From contig CBDBGH010000003.1 in NCBI GenBank assembly GCA_965205265.1, forward strand, positions 1,216,001 through 1,280,000: DNA of 64,000 bases, in the 5' to 3' direction. Made by a program: the position numbers and the translations under genes. The notes under the pieces were generated by a model. It searched no databases and was not told the origin of the DNA. It saw only the letters and a program-made list of their open reading frames with translations. Positions 43,057-53,054 of this stretch are shown one piece after another; the first letter of the stretch is position 1, and every line of letters begins with the position of its first letter. This DNA is from Alphaproteobacteria bacterium. GTDB taxonomy: Bacteria > Pseudomonadota > Alphaproteobacteria > Bin95.

Positions 43057-45339
43057 TCAGTCGTCGCCGTCCGCCCCGTTCGCGTCGATGGCCGCAAGCA
43101 GCCTCGGCGGCGACATCGGCAGCTCGTACATCCGTGTGCCCACCGCCCCGTCGATGGCGTTGGCGATCGCGGCCATGGGCGGGCAGATATTCACCTCGCC
43201 CACGCCCTTGACGCCATAGGGGTGGCTCGGATTGGGGACCTCGACGAGCACCGCGTCGATCATCGGCAGGTCGGAGGCCACCGGCACGCGGTAGTCCAGG
43301 AAGCCCGGATTCTCCAGCCGGCCCTTGTCGTCGTAGATGTATTCCTCGTTCAGCGCCCAGCCGATGCCCTGCACGACGCCGCCCTGGATCTGGCCCTCGA
43401 CATAGGAGGGATGGATCGCGCGGCCCACGTCCTGGGCCGCGATGAAGCGCAGCACCTGCACATGGCCGGTCTCGGGATCGACCTCGATATCGCAGAACTG
43501 GCTGGAGAAACCCGGAGCCTGCGCGCCGGCATTGACGGTGCCGGCCGCGCCGATGGGCCCGCCTGTCAGCGCCCGTTTGGCCGCGAGCTCGCCGATGGTG
43601 AGCGGCTCGAAATCGCCGACATTGGCGCCGGCGGGGTGGGCCGCGCCGTCCCGCCATTCCACGGCATCGACATCGACATCCCAGATCATCGCGGCGCGTT
43701 GGCGCAAATCGTCGATCACCTTGTTGCAGGCCTGGTGGACGGCGATGCCGGTGGCGAAGGTCACGCGGCTGCCGCCGGTGACATGCGTGTAGCCGACCGA
43801 CGCCGTGTCGGAGACGACGCAACGCACCTTGTCGTAATCGACGCCGAAGGTCTCGGCCGCCATCAGCGCCATGCTGGCGCGCGAGCCGCCGACATCGACG
43901 CTGCCGCTGCCGACGATCACCGTGCCGTCGTCGTTCACATGGACGGTGGCGCTCGATTCGCCGCCGCCGTTGAACCAGAAGCCCGAGGCGACGCCGCGGC
44001 CCTGGTTCGGCCCGATGGGCTTCCTGTAGTCCGGGTGCGCCATGAGCGCTTCCAGCGTCTCGACATAGCCGTCATGGCTGAGCTTCGGCCCATAGACCAT
44101 CTGGGTGCCCTGGCGGGCGGCGTTCTTCAGGCGGAATTCCACCGGGTCCATGCCGACCTTCTTGGCCAGCATGTCGAGCACGCTCTCGACCCCGAAGGCC
44201 GAGATCGGCGAGCCGGGCGCGCGGTAGGCCGCCGCCTTCGGGCGGTTGCACACCACGTCGTAGCCGACCGTGCGCGCATTCTCGATGTCGTAGGGCGCGA
44301 AGGCGCACATGCAGGCATTCATCACCGGCGAGCCGGGGAAGGCGCCCGCCTGGAAGTTGAAGGTGGCGTCGGCGGCTGTGATCTTCCCGTCGCCGGTGCA
44401 GCCGATCCTGACGGTCATCGACGCGCCGGAAGTCGGGCCCGTCGCCTTGAAGACCTCCTCGCGCGTCATCTGCATGCGCACCGGCTGGCTGCATTTCCGC
44501 GAGAGCGCGGCCGCCAGCGGCTCCAGATAGACGATGGTCTTGCCGCCGAAGCCGCCGCCGATCTCCAGCGCCGTTGCGCGAATATCGCCGGGGCTGACGC
44601 CGAGCAGCTTGGCGGTCATGGCGCGAACCACGAAATGGCCCTGGCTCGACGACCAGATCTCGCCCTGCCCGTCGGCATCGAAGCGCGCCATGCAGGCATG
44701 GGTCTCGATATAGCCCTGGTGGACGGGCGCGGTCCTGAAGCTCTTCTCGACGACGTGGTCGGCCGCGGCGAAGCCTGCCTCGAGGTCGCCGATGGCGAAT
44801 TCGAGCCGCTTCGAGATGTTGGAGGGCTTGTCGGGCGCGGGCTCGACGCCGCGGGTAATCATGTCGTCGAACAAGAGCGGCGCGTCCGGCTTCATCGCCT
44901 CATCGACATCGATCACATGCGGCAGCACCTCGTAATCGACTTCGATGAGCGAAACGGCCTCCTCGGCGACGGCGGCGCTCGCCGCGGCGACGGCGGCCAC
45001 GGCATGGCCCTCATAGAGCGCCTTCTCGCGCGCCATGATGTTGCGGGTGATGTGCCAGAAATTCTGCGCGACCCGCTCCGGGCCGATATAGGCGAACTCG
45101 TGGTCCGGGAAGTCGGCGGAGGTGACCACCGCCCGGACGCCCGGCAGCGCCTCGGCCTTCGAGGTGTCGATGCCCCGGATGCGCGCATGGGCGTGGGGGC
45201 TGCGCAGCACCTTGCCGATCAGCTCGCCGGGCAGCCGGTAATCGGCGCCGTACTGGGCGCGGCCGGTGACTTTCGGCACGCCGTCCGGACGGACGGGGCG
45301 GGTGCCAACCCACTTGAACTCTTTCGCTTCGGCGCTCAT
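43057..45339 (-). CDS. Xanthine dehydrogenase-family molybdopterin-binding subunit
   Basis: KVTGRAQY, RSPHAHA, IGGGFGGK, AYRAPG, GQIQGG, KGVGE. Confidence 0.92.
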   Translation of the reverse strand: MSAEAKEFKWVGTRPVRPDGVPKVTGRAQYGADYRLPGELIGKVLRSPHAHARIRGIDTSKAEALPGVRAVVTSADFPDHEFAYIGPERVAQNFWHITRNIMAREKALYEGHAVAAVAAASAAVAEEAVSLIEVDYEVLPHVIDVDEAMKPDAPLLFDDMITRGVEPAPDKPSNISKRLEFAIGDLEAGFAAADHVVEKSFRTAPVHQGYIETHACMARFDADGQGEIWSSSQGHFVVRAMTAKLLGVSPGDIRATALEIGGGFGGKTIVYLEPLAAALSRKCSQPVRMQMTREEVFKATGPTSGASMTVRIGCTGDGKITAADATFNFQAGAFPGSPVMNACMCAFAPYDIENARTVGYDVVCNRPKAAAYRAPGSPISAFGVESVLDMLAKKVGMDPVEFRLKNAARQGTQMVYGPKLSHDGYVETLEALMAHPDYRKPIGPNQGRGVASGFWFNGGGESSATVHVNDDGTVIVGSGSVDVGGSRASMALMAAETFGVDYDKVRCVVSDTASVGYTHVTGGSRVTFATGIAVHQACNKVIDDLRQRAAMIWDVDVDAVEWRDGAAHPAGANVGDFEPLTIGELAAKRALTGGPIGAAGTVNAGAQAPGFSSQFCDIEVDPETGHVQVLRFIAAQDVGRAIHPSYVEGQIQGGVVQGIGWALNEEYIYDDKGRLENPGFLDYRVPVASDLPMIDAVLVEVPNPSHPYGVKGVGEVNICPPMAAIANAIDGAVGTRMYELPMSPPRLLAAIDANGADGDD

Positions 45340-45507
45340 CCACAGGGTCTCCAGAATCGGGGCGTAACGGTCCCGCCTATGCAAGCCCATCCGGCAGCCG
45401 CGCGCAAGTGCGGCGGCGCGCGCGAAGGGTAAGGGACTTGCCCCGGCCGGCGGTTTCGGCAAGCTGGCGGAAGGTGACCGTTTTCCTGCACCGGGAGGCT
45501 GCCGGCG

Positions 45508-46356
45508 TTGCAGATCGTTCCGTTCGATGCCCCACTCGGGGCGGAGTTGCGCGGGCTGGACGCCGCGCTGCCGGTCGGCGCGGCGGGCGCGGAGGCGCTT
45601 TGCCGCGCGCTCGACGAACATCTCGTGCTGCTCGCGCGCGGCCAGCGGCTGGACGACCCGGCGCTGATGGCCTTCTCCCGCATCTTCGGCGAGTTGGACC
45701 CGCCGGGGCCGAACCCCTATGGCGCGCCGTTCCTGCCGGAGTTCCCGGAGATCAACGTCATCTCCAATGTGGTCGAGAACGGCCGCCCCATCGGCAATCT
45801 GGGCGCGGGCGAGGCGGTCTGGCATGCGGACATGACCTATGTCGAAAAGCCGCCCAGGGCCGCGCTCCTCTACGCGCTGGAGGTCCCGGAAGGCGAGGGC
45901 GACACATATTTCGCCAACCAGTTCGCCGCCTGGGATGCGCTTGCGGAAGTGGACAAGGCCCGGATCGAGGGGCTCCGCTCGGTCCATGACAGCGCGCATA
46001 ACAGCGCCGGCATGCTGCGGCGGGGCTACCGCGAATCCAGCGACCCGCGCGAGACGCCGGGCGCGCGCCAGCCGCTGGTGCGCACCGACCCGGCGACGGG
46101 CAGGAGGGCGCTCTTCCTCGGCCGGCGGCCCCATGCCTGGGTCGTCGGGCTTGAGGTGGCGGAGAGCGATGCGCTGCTGGACCGCCTCTGGGCCCATGCC
46201 TCCGACCCGCGCTTCGTCTGGCGCCACCGCTGGCGGCCGGGCGACCTGCTGGTCTGGAACAATCTGGGCGTGCTGCATCGCCGCGACGCCTTCGACGCCA
46301 AGGCCCGCCGGATCATGCACCGCACCCAGATCCGGGGCGAGCGGGAGATCGCGTGA
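45508..46356 (+). CDS. TauD/TfdA Fe(II)/2OG dioxygenase
   Basis: WHADMT, GDTYFAN, WRPGDLLVWNN..LHRR, MHR. Confidence 0.9.
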   Translation: MQIVPFDAPLGAELRGLDAALPVGAAGAEALCRALDEHLVLLARGQRLDDPALMAFSRIFGELDPPGPNPYGAPFLPEFPEINVISNVVENGRPIGNLGAGEAVWHADMTYVEKPPRAALLYALEVPEGEGDTYFANQFAAWDALAEVDKARIEGLRSVHDSAHNSAGMLRRGYRESSDPRETPGARQPLVRTDPATGRRALFLGRRPHAWVVGLEVAESDALLDRLWAHASDPRFVWRHRWRPGDLLVWNNLGVLHRRDAFDAKARRIMHRTQIRGEREIA

Positions 46357-46360
46357 GGCC

Positions 46361-47053
46361 ATGAAACGGTTCTACGAGCAGGCGGACGCCGTTCCGCTCG
46401 AATGCGGCGGCTACGGCGTGGCACTGGACGGCCGCCGGGTGCGCACGCCGGCGGGCCGCCCCCTCGTGCTGCCGAGCCGGGCGCTGGCGGCGGCGGTGGC
46501 GGGCGAATGGACCGCACAGGGTGAGACGGTACAGCCCCGGACCATGGCGATGATGACGCTGTCCGCAACCGCGCTCGACCGGGTCGCGCCGCGCGTGCGC
46601 GAGGTTGCGGCCGAGATCGCGCGCTATGGCGAGACCGACCTGCTCTGCTACCGCGACGCGGCCGGCGGCGAGCTCGCGCGGCGGCAGAACGCCGCCTGGC
46701 AGCCCGTGCTCGACTGGCTGGCGGCAACCCACGGCGCAAAGCTCGGCACGGTTGCGGGCGTGATGCCGGCCGCGCAGGAGAAGGGCGCGCTCGAAGCGCT
46801 CCGGCGCGCGGTGGACGCCCACGAGCCGTTCCGCCTGACGGCGCTGTACACGGCCGTCGCCGCCACCGGCTCCGCCGCGCTCGGCATGGCGCTCCTCGGC
46901 GGACGGCTGAACGCCTGCCAGGCATGGCGCTGCGCACGCCTCGACGACGAGTGGCAGGCGGAGCGCTGGGGCGAGGAAGAGGATGCGCGCAAGCGGGGCA
47001 GGGCGCTGAGGGACGAACTCGCCGCCGTCGAACGATTCGCGGCGTTGCTATAG
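46361..47053 (+). CDS. ATP12-family F1 ATPase assembly chaperone
   Basis: [30 protein letters not shown]. Confidence 0.9.
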   Translation: MKRFYEQADAVPLECGGYGVALDGRRVRTPAGRPLVLPSRALAAAVAGEWTAQGETVQPRTMAMMTLSATALDRVAPRVREVAAEIARYGETDLLCYRDAAGGELARRQNAAWQPVLDWLAATHGAKLGTVAGVMPAAQEKGALEALRRAVDAHEPFRLTALYTAVAATGSAALGMALLGGRLNACQAWRCARLDDEWQAERWGEEEDARKRGRALRDELAAVERFAALL

Positions 47054-47082
47054 CCGGGGCTGAACAAGGAGGCCGGAGGCCC

Positions 47083-48615
47083 ATGACCGACATAGTGGAC
47101 ATGCTGGAAGCCAAGCGTACCCGGGCCCGCCTCGGCGGCGGGGAGAAGCGCATCGAGGCGCAGCACCGGCGCGGCAAGCTGACGGCGCGCGAACGGCTGG
47201 AGGTGCTGCTCGACGAAGGCTCCTTCGAGGAATACGACATGTTCGTGGAGCACCGCTGCGCCGATTTCGGCATGGAGGCGCAGCGCATTCCGGGCGACGG
47301 CGTGGTCACCGGCCACGGCACCGTGAACGGGCGGTTGGTCTTCGTCTTCAGTCAGGACTTCACCGTGTTCGGCGGTTCGCTCTCCGAGGCGCATGCGGAG
47401 AAGATCTGCAAGGTGATGGACCGGGCGATGAAGGTCGGCGCGCCGGTCGTCGGCCTCAACGATTCGGGCGGCGCGCGCATACAGGAGGGCGTCGCCTCGC
47501 TCGGCGGCTATGCCGAGGTGTTCCAGCGCAACGTGCTGGCCTCCGGCGTCGTGCCGCAGGTCTCGGTCATCATGGGGCCCTGCGCCGGCGGGGCGGTCTA
47601 TTCGCCGGCGATGACCGACTTCATCTTCATGGTGGAGGATACCTCCTTCATGTATGTCACCGGCCCCGATGTGGTCAGGACCGTGACCCACGAGACGGTG
47701 ACGCATGAGGAGCTCGGCGGGGCGCGCACCCACGCCAGGCGCTCCGGCGTCGCCGACCTTGCGCTCGACAACGACATCGAGGCGCTGCTGCAGGTCCGGC
47801 GCTTCCTGGGCTTCCTGCCGTCGTCCAACCGCGAGGCGCCGCCGCTGCGGCCCACGGAAGACCCGATAGACCGCCAGGAGCCCTCGCTCGACAGCCTGGT
47901 GCCCGCGAACCCGAACCAGCCCTACGACATCAAGGAGCTGATCCGGAAGACGGCGGACGAGGGCGTGTTCTTCGAGCTCCAGCCGGACTGGGCGGCCAAT
48001 ATCGTCATCGGCTTCGCCCGCTACGGAGGCCAGCCGGTCGGGGTCGTCGCCAACCAGCCGATGGTGCTGGCCGGCTGCCTCGACATAGACAGCGCGCGCA
48101 AGGGCGGGCGGTTCGTACGCTTCTGCGACGCCTTCAACCTGCCTATCGTCACCTTCGTCGATGTGCCGGGCTTCCTGCCGGGCACCGTCCAGGAATACGG
48201 CGGCATCATCAAGCACGGCGCGAAGCTCTTGTTCGCCTATGCCGAGGCGACGGTGCCGAAGGTCACGCTCATCACCCGCAAGGCCTATGGCGGGGCCTAT
48301 GACGTGATGAGCTCGAAGCATCTGCGCGGCGACGTGAACTATGCCTGGCCGCAGGCGGAAATCGCCGTGATGGGGGCCAAGGGCGCGGTCGAGATCATCT
48401 TCCGGCAGGACATCGGCGACGAGGAGAAGATCGCGGAGCGTACGGCGGAGTATGCGGAGAAATTCGCCAACCCCTTCATCGCCTCGGCGCGCGGTTATAT
48501 CGACGACGTGATCCACCCGCGCAACACCCGCTTCCGCATCTGCCGGTCGCTCGAGGTGCTGCGCAACAAGCGGTTGGAAAATCCCTGGAAGAAGCACGAC
48601 AATATCCCGCTTTAG
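47083..48615 (+). CDS. pccB: Propionyl-CoA carboxylase beta (carboxyltransferase) subunit
   Basis: [38 protein letters not shown]. Confidence 0.92.
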   Translation: MTDIVDMLEAKRTRARLGGGEKRIEAQHRRGKLTARERLEVLLDEGSFEEYDMFVEHRCADFGMEAQRIPGDGVVTGHGTVNGRLVFVFSQDFTVFGGSLSEAHAEKICKVMDRAMKVGAPVVGLNDSGGARIQEGVASLGGYAEVFQRNVLASGVVPQVSVIMGPCAGGAVYSPAMTDFIFMVEDTSFMYVTGPDVVRTVTHETVTHEELGGARTHARRSGVADLALDNDIEALLQVRRFLGFLPSSNREAPPLRPTEDPIDRQEPSLDSLVPANPNQPYDIKELIRKTADEGVFFELQPDWAANIVIGFARYGGQPVGVVANQPMVLAGCLDIDSARKGGRFVRFCDAFNLPIVTFVDVPGFLPGTVQEYGGIIKHGAKLLFAYAEATVPKVTLITRKAYGGAYDVMSSKHLRGDVNYAWPQAEIAVMGAKGAVEIIFRQDIGDEEKIAERTAEYAEKFANPFIASARGYIDDVIHPRNTRFRICRSLEVLRNKRLENPWKKHDNIPL

Positions 48616-48638
48616 GGGGCTTGAGGGGGACGGCAAGG

Positions 48639-50180
48639 ATGCAATTCGAGACCTTCGACTGGATTGCGCATAACGCCTCGCGACGGCCGGAAAAGACCGC
48701 GCTGGTCGATCTCGCAAGCGGGCGCGAAATCGACTATGCGGAGATGGACCGGCGGGTCGGGCGGCTGGCGGGCTTCCTGCGCGGCCGGCTGGGGATCGGA
48801 TCGGGCGACCGCGTGGCGCTGCTGGCGGAGAACTCCACCGACTATCTGGAAATCCAGTTCGCCTGCTTCCGCGCCGGCGCGGTGTTCGTGCCGCTCAACT
48901 GGCGGCTCACCGTGCCGGAGCTCAACTATATCGTCGGCGACGCCGCGCCGAAGGCGATGATCCACGACCGGGCCTTCGCCGAAACGGCCGCGGCCGTGCA
49001 GGCGAAGACCGGCTTCGAGCACCGGCTGGAGACCGCGGCGGACGGCAGCCCTTCGGACTATGAGGCGGCGATAGAGGAGGGGCCTTACGAAGCCGAGATG
49101 GTCCCGCAGCAGATGTCGGACCTCTCGACCATCATGTACACCTCGGGCACGACCGGCCTGCCCAAGGGCGCGCGCATCACCCACGGCATGACCTTCATCA
49201 ACACGGTGAATATCGGCATTCCGCACCGCATCTCCGCCGATTCGGTCACGCTCACCGTGCTGCCGCTGTTCCACACGGGCGGCCTCAACGCCTATGCCAA
49301 TCCCGTGCTGCATGCGGGCGGCAAGGCGGTAGTCGCGCGGAGCTTCGACCCCGAGCAGTGCTTGCGCCTGCTGGCCGACCCGGAAGCCGGCATCACCAAT
49401 TTCCTCGGCGTGCCGGCCAATTTCCAGTTCATGGCGCAGCTTCCGGCCTTCGAGCAGGCGGATTTCAGCCATGTCACTGTGTTCGGCGTCGGCGCCGCGC
49501 CTACGCCGCATGCGCTGATCGAGGTGTGGGCGGCGAGGGGCGGGCCGCTCGCCCAGGCCTATGGCATGACCGAGACCGCGCCGCTGGTCATGGCGCTCGA
49601 TCCCGTGGACGCCACGCGCAAGATCGGCTCGGCCGGCAAGCCCGTGCTCTACACCCGCACGCGGGTGATGACCGAGGACGGCCGCCAGGCCGCGCCGGGC
49701 GAGAGGGGTGAGCTTCAGGTCGCCGGGCCGAATGTGACCCCCGGCTACTGGAACAAGCCGCAGGAAACGGCCGAGTCCTTCGACGGCGAATGGCTGAAGA
49801 CGGGCGACGCCGTCTGGGTCGATGAGGAGGGCTACTACTACATCGTGGACCGCTGGAAGGACATGTACATCTCAGGCGGCGAGAACGTCTATCCGGCGGA
49901 GGTGGAGAACGTGCTCTACCGGCTGGACGGCATCGGGGAAGCCGCGGTGATCGGCATGCCGGACGAGCGCTGGGGCGAGGTCGGCTGCGCGGTCGTCGTC
50001 CGCCGCGAGGGCGCGGCGCTGGAGCCGCAGCAGATCCTCGACCATTGCGAGGGCCAGCTCGCCCGCTTCAAGCAGCCTCGCCGCATCCTGTTCATGGACG
50101 CGCTCCCCCGCAACGCCACCGGCAAGGTCCTCAAACACGAACTCCGCCGCATGCTGGCGGAGGGGGAATTGGGCGGGTAG
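48639..50180 (+). CDS. Acyl-CoA synthetase (long-chain fatty acid/feruloyl-CoA ligase-like)
   Basis: YTSGTTGLPKG, YGMTE, KTGD, ISGGENVYPAEVE, TGKVLK. Confidence 0.92.
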   Translation: MQFETFDWIAHNASRRPEKTALVDLASGREIDYAEMDRRVGRLAGFLRGRLGIGSGDRVALLAENSTDYLEIQFACFRAGAVFVPLNWRLTVPELNYIVGDAAPKAMIHDRAFAETAAAVQAKTGFEHRLETAADGSPSDYEAAIEEGPYEAEMVPQQMSDLSTIMYTSGTTGLPKGARITHGMTFINTVNIGIPHRISADSVTLTVLPLFHTGGLNAYANPVLHAGGKAVVARSFDPEQCLRLLADPEAGITNFLGVPANFQFMAQLPAFEQADFSHVTVFGVGAAPTPHALIEVWAARGGPLAQAYGMTETAPLVMALDPVDATRKIGSAGKPVLYTRTRVMTEDGRQAAPGERGELQVAGPNVTPGYWNKPQETAESFDGEWLKTGDAVWVDEEGYYYIVDRWKDMYISGGENVYPAEVENVLYRLDGIGEAAVIGMPDERWGEVGCAVVVRREGAALEPQQILDHCEGQLARFKQPRRILFMDALPRNATGKVLKHELRRMLAEGELGG

Positions 50181-50271
50181 AAAGCTGTTTGGCTCCTTTT
50201 GTTCTCTTTTTGCATTGACAGGCAGCAAACGTGAACAAACAATGGACTCCGGGTAACGGGGGTCTCCATCC

Positions 50272-50880
50272 ATGACTGAGTTGAATCGCTGGCTTGCGGA
50301 ATGGCAGCAGCCCGGCACCGTTTGGTATATCAAACGCCTTCCCGCGCATTGCATCCTTTCCAGCAGTGAAGGACGGAACGAATGGCTTATGCCGGCGCAC
50401 ATAATGGCGCGGGCATTTCCCGAACTGTATATGGTCAGAGCAGGCCATACCGACATTCGTTTCGACCTGTATGTCGATTCCCATGCGGAGCATCGTGTCG
50501 TTGGAATAGAAGGGATGAAGGGTAAGTTGCGTGGCTCGCCAAGCCGGCGGGTCTGCCTGATGGATTTGACCGGCACGCCTTCCGCGCTTCTGGACCCGGA
50601 GAATGTCGGTGCCATGACGCTGTTTGCGTTTCCGCCGGGCGGGCCGGAGAGCCCGAAATTCGGGACTAGGAGAAATGCGACGGAAGGCCGTGTCTGGATT
50701 ACGCGCACTGGCGACGAGGAGGACATCGTGGAAAATTATGTCGGCCCGGTCGATGGTCGACCTCCGATGACTTGGCGCATCCGGGAGAAGGGCTACGAGA
50801 ATATGGATGCCTTTCTGATGTCAATGGCCCGTTTGCACGCCGAGGAAAACGATGTCGAGAATGAGCTTCAGTTTGAATGA
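50272..50880 (+). CDS. Stand-alone EcoRII N-terminal (effector-binding, B3-like) domain protein
   Basis: WYIKRL, FPEL, VDSH, LDPENVGAMTLFAF and VWI...EEDIVE resemble EcoRII-N as recalled; no catalytic C-terminal domain. Confidence 0.65.
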   Translation: MTELNRWLAEWQQPGTVWYIKRLPAHCILSSSEGRNEWLMPAHIMARAFPELYMVRAGHTDIRFDLYVDSHAEHRVVGIEGMKGKLRGSPSRRVCLMDLTGTPSALLDPENVGAMTLFAFPPGGPESPKFGTRRNATEGRVWITRTGDEEDIVENYVGPVDGRPPMTWRIREKGYENMDAFLMSMARLHAEENDVENELQFE

Positions 50881-51770
50881 ACTTTAGGCAGCGTGAGTCT
50901 TTACCCTTTGAACACATACTCGCGGTGGTATTGGAGAAATTGTCGGTGCGGTCGGTTTTGCGGCAAATTCGGGAGCAGAAGCTGTCGGTCATTATTGAAC
51001 AATCGCAGCACATTTGTAGGGATTGATCTCTCGACAAGAAGCAGGCCGTAATCGTCGTCAACCGACATAAGACCCCGGTCGAACATCCAGTGCATCGTGC
51101 CGCTGAGCGCGAGGCCGTTGCGCAGACTGTCGGGGCCATTGTCTTTGACTGGACGAATATGCGCGGCTTGCACCTCGGACCGCCCGCCGCCGTTTATCAG
51201 CCGGATGCCGCTGAATGCGCAGGTATCGGCATACGCTGTCTTGACAGTCGATGAGAAGGCTCGGTCGCGAAAGGGCCGCTGTGACATCTGGGCGACAATT
51301 TCCCGGTGTATCTCGAACGGTTCCTGTTCCTCGTGAAACCCGTCGAAAGGAGATATTGAAGGAAGTTCGATAACACCGGAAAATCCGACGTTCAAAATTC
51401 GATAAAAGTCGTCGTCATCTATATTTCGTACAGACCGGCCGAATTGGCCTTTGTTCGTAGAACCATCAAGCTTCTGCAATGTGCGTTCATAGTAGAGACT
51501 TCCTTCACGAAATGGCACTGGACGATAAAATTCAAGGAATTTTTCAACATAGGCATAATAGTGGTACGGAAGTACATCATCTTCTTCGATATGGGACAGC
51601 TTTGCCACTGCAAAGTAGCATTGTCTTCCACCAGACCGGCGCGGTTCATAGTAAATGATCCAGTCCCCGATGGCGCTTTGCACAACCCTGAGGTAAGTCC
51701 GAGGAAAATGGTAACGAACTTCCAGCAAGTCGTCATAAACTGAGTCTATTCTTGTAGTTAGAACAACTTT

Positions 51771-51930
51771 GGGCCTTACAAAGATGAGTTGACGGCGTCA
51801 TGCCGCCAGCATCCCTGCGTTTTCACGGATCGCAGGGGTCCGCAAGCCGGAACGCCCCTCCCCGTGCAGCAGCGCCAGTCCCCGACGCCGGATGTTGCTG
51901 CCGGCATTCGCGTCGGCATGGTCCGCATGG
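51771..51930 (-). ncRNA. Putative TnpB omega/reRNA overlapping the tnpB 3' end (5' boundary uncertain)
   Basis: Expected position for TnpB guide RNAs; terminal hairpin TGGCGGC-ATGAC-GCCGTCA ending in GTCAA at 51789. Confidence 0.5.
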
Positions 51931-53054
51931 CCGCAGGCCGTGCACTGGAATTCGGCCCGCGAACGCCGCGAGCCGGCATCGACATGGCCGCAGGCGGCGC
52001 AGGTCCGGCTGGTATGGGCCGGGTCGACCGCGAGCAGCCGTCCCGCCTTGTAGCCGAACATGAAGCGCAGTTCCGCCCATCCCGTGGCCAGGATGACGCG
52101 GTTGAGCCCGGCCTTCTGCCGGACCCGGGCGCCCGGCTCCTCTGTCGTGCCCCGGGCGCTGCGCGTCATGTTCCGGACCCGGAGGTCCTCGACGGCGACG
52201 GTATGGGCGGCGTCGGCGACTGTCCGCGAGACATGGTGGCGCCAGTCGCACCGCATCCCGGAAAGGCGCCGCCTCGTCTTCGCCAGACGGGCGCGGGTGC
52301 GCTCCCGGCGCCCGGAGCCGCGCTTCTGGCGCGCCAGACGCCGGGCAAGGCGCTTCGCCCTCGCCTCCAGCCGCCGCGTATCCGGGGCATGGAACAGGCG
52401 GGCTTCCGGCCCCGGACCGCTCGCCGCCACCTGGCCAGCGTTCATGTCCACCCCGATGACGCTGTCGTCATCCTCGTGGACCGCCGGCGCCGGGACCCGG
52501 TAGCAGACCACGGCGTACCACTTGCCGGCCTCGCGCTTCAGCACCGCCGAGACCGGCTCGCCATCCCCATGCGGGTTGCCGCCCCGCCGGCGGACCGCAA
52601 GCGGGCCGAAACCCGGAAGGCGCAGGCAGGCCGCGCCGGACCCGCAGTCCGCGCCGGGCCGGGCCCGGTCCTCCAGCCTCACCCCCGAGACGAAGGAGAG
52701 GCTGTCGAACCGCCGGCGGGACCGGAACCGGGGAAAACCCGGCTTCTGGCCCGCCTTCACCCGCCGGAAGAAGCCCTTCATCGCCTCGTCCAGGCGCTTC
52801 AGCGTCCCGCGCTGCACGGCGACCGGAACGGCCGCCATCTCGGGGTCCTCCCGGCGGCACACCGTCAGGCTCTTCGCCTGGTCGATATAGGAGAGCGACC
52901 GCCCGGCCAGATGCCAGGCGTCGCAGCGTTCCTGAAGGGCGGCGTTGTACAACTGCCGCTGCGCCTCCAGAACCCGCTCCAGACGCCGCCAAACGGACCG
53001 GCGGCCCGGCAGAAGCCGGAATACCACCTGACGGTGCGTGAAGACCTCGCTCAT
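51798..53054 (-). CDS. tnpB: RNA-guided endonuclease TnpB
   Basis: QLYNAALQER, KPGFPRFR, RuvC-I GVDMN, RuvC-II VEDL, Zn finger CAACGH/CTACGH, RuvC-III HADANA. Confidence 0.93.
   Translation of the reverse strand: MSEVFTHRQVVFRLLPGRRSVWRRLERVLEAQRQLYNAALQERCDAWHLAGRSLSYIDQAKSLTVCRREDPEMAAVPVAVQRGTLKRLDEAMKGFFRRVKAGQKPGFPRFRSRRRFDSLSFVSGVRLEDRARPGADCGSGAACLRLPGFGPLAVRRRGGNPHGDGEPVSAVLKREAGKWYAVVCYRVPAPAVHEDDDSVIGVDMNAGQVAASGPGPEARLFHAPDTRRLEARAKRLARRLARQKRGSGRRERTRARLAKTRRRLSGMRCDWRHHVSRTVADAAHTVAVEDLRVRNMTRSARGTTEEPGARVRQKAGLNRVILATGWAELRFMFGYKAGRLLAVDPAHTSRTCAACGHVDAGSRRSRAEFQCTACGHADHADANAGSNIRRRGLALLHGEGRSGLRTPAIRENAGMLAA

Noticed and set aside
51774-51776. HNH start codon apparently mutated from ATG to AGG
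   Set aside because: AGG CCC belongs to the element's TIR; the true start is GTG at 53121, beyond the insertion.
51798-53054. Nuclease-dead TnpB (TldR-like) or Cas12f
   Set aside because: All three RuvC acidic residues are present, and there is no CRISPR array or cas gene.
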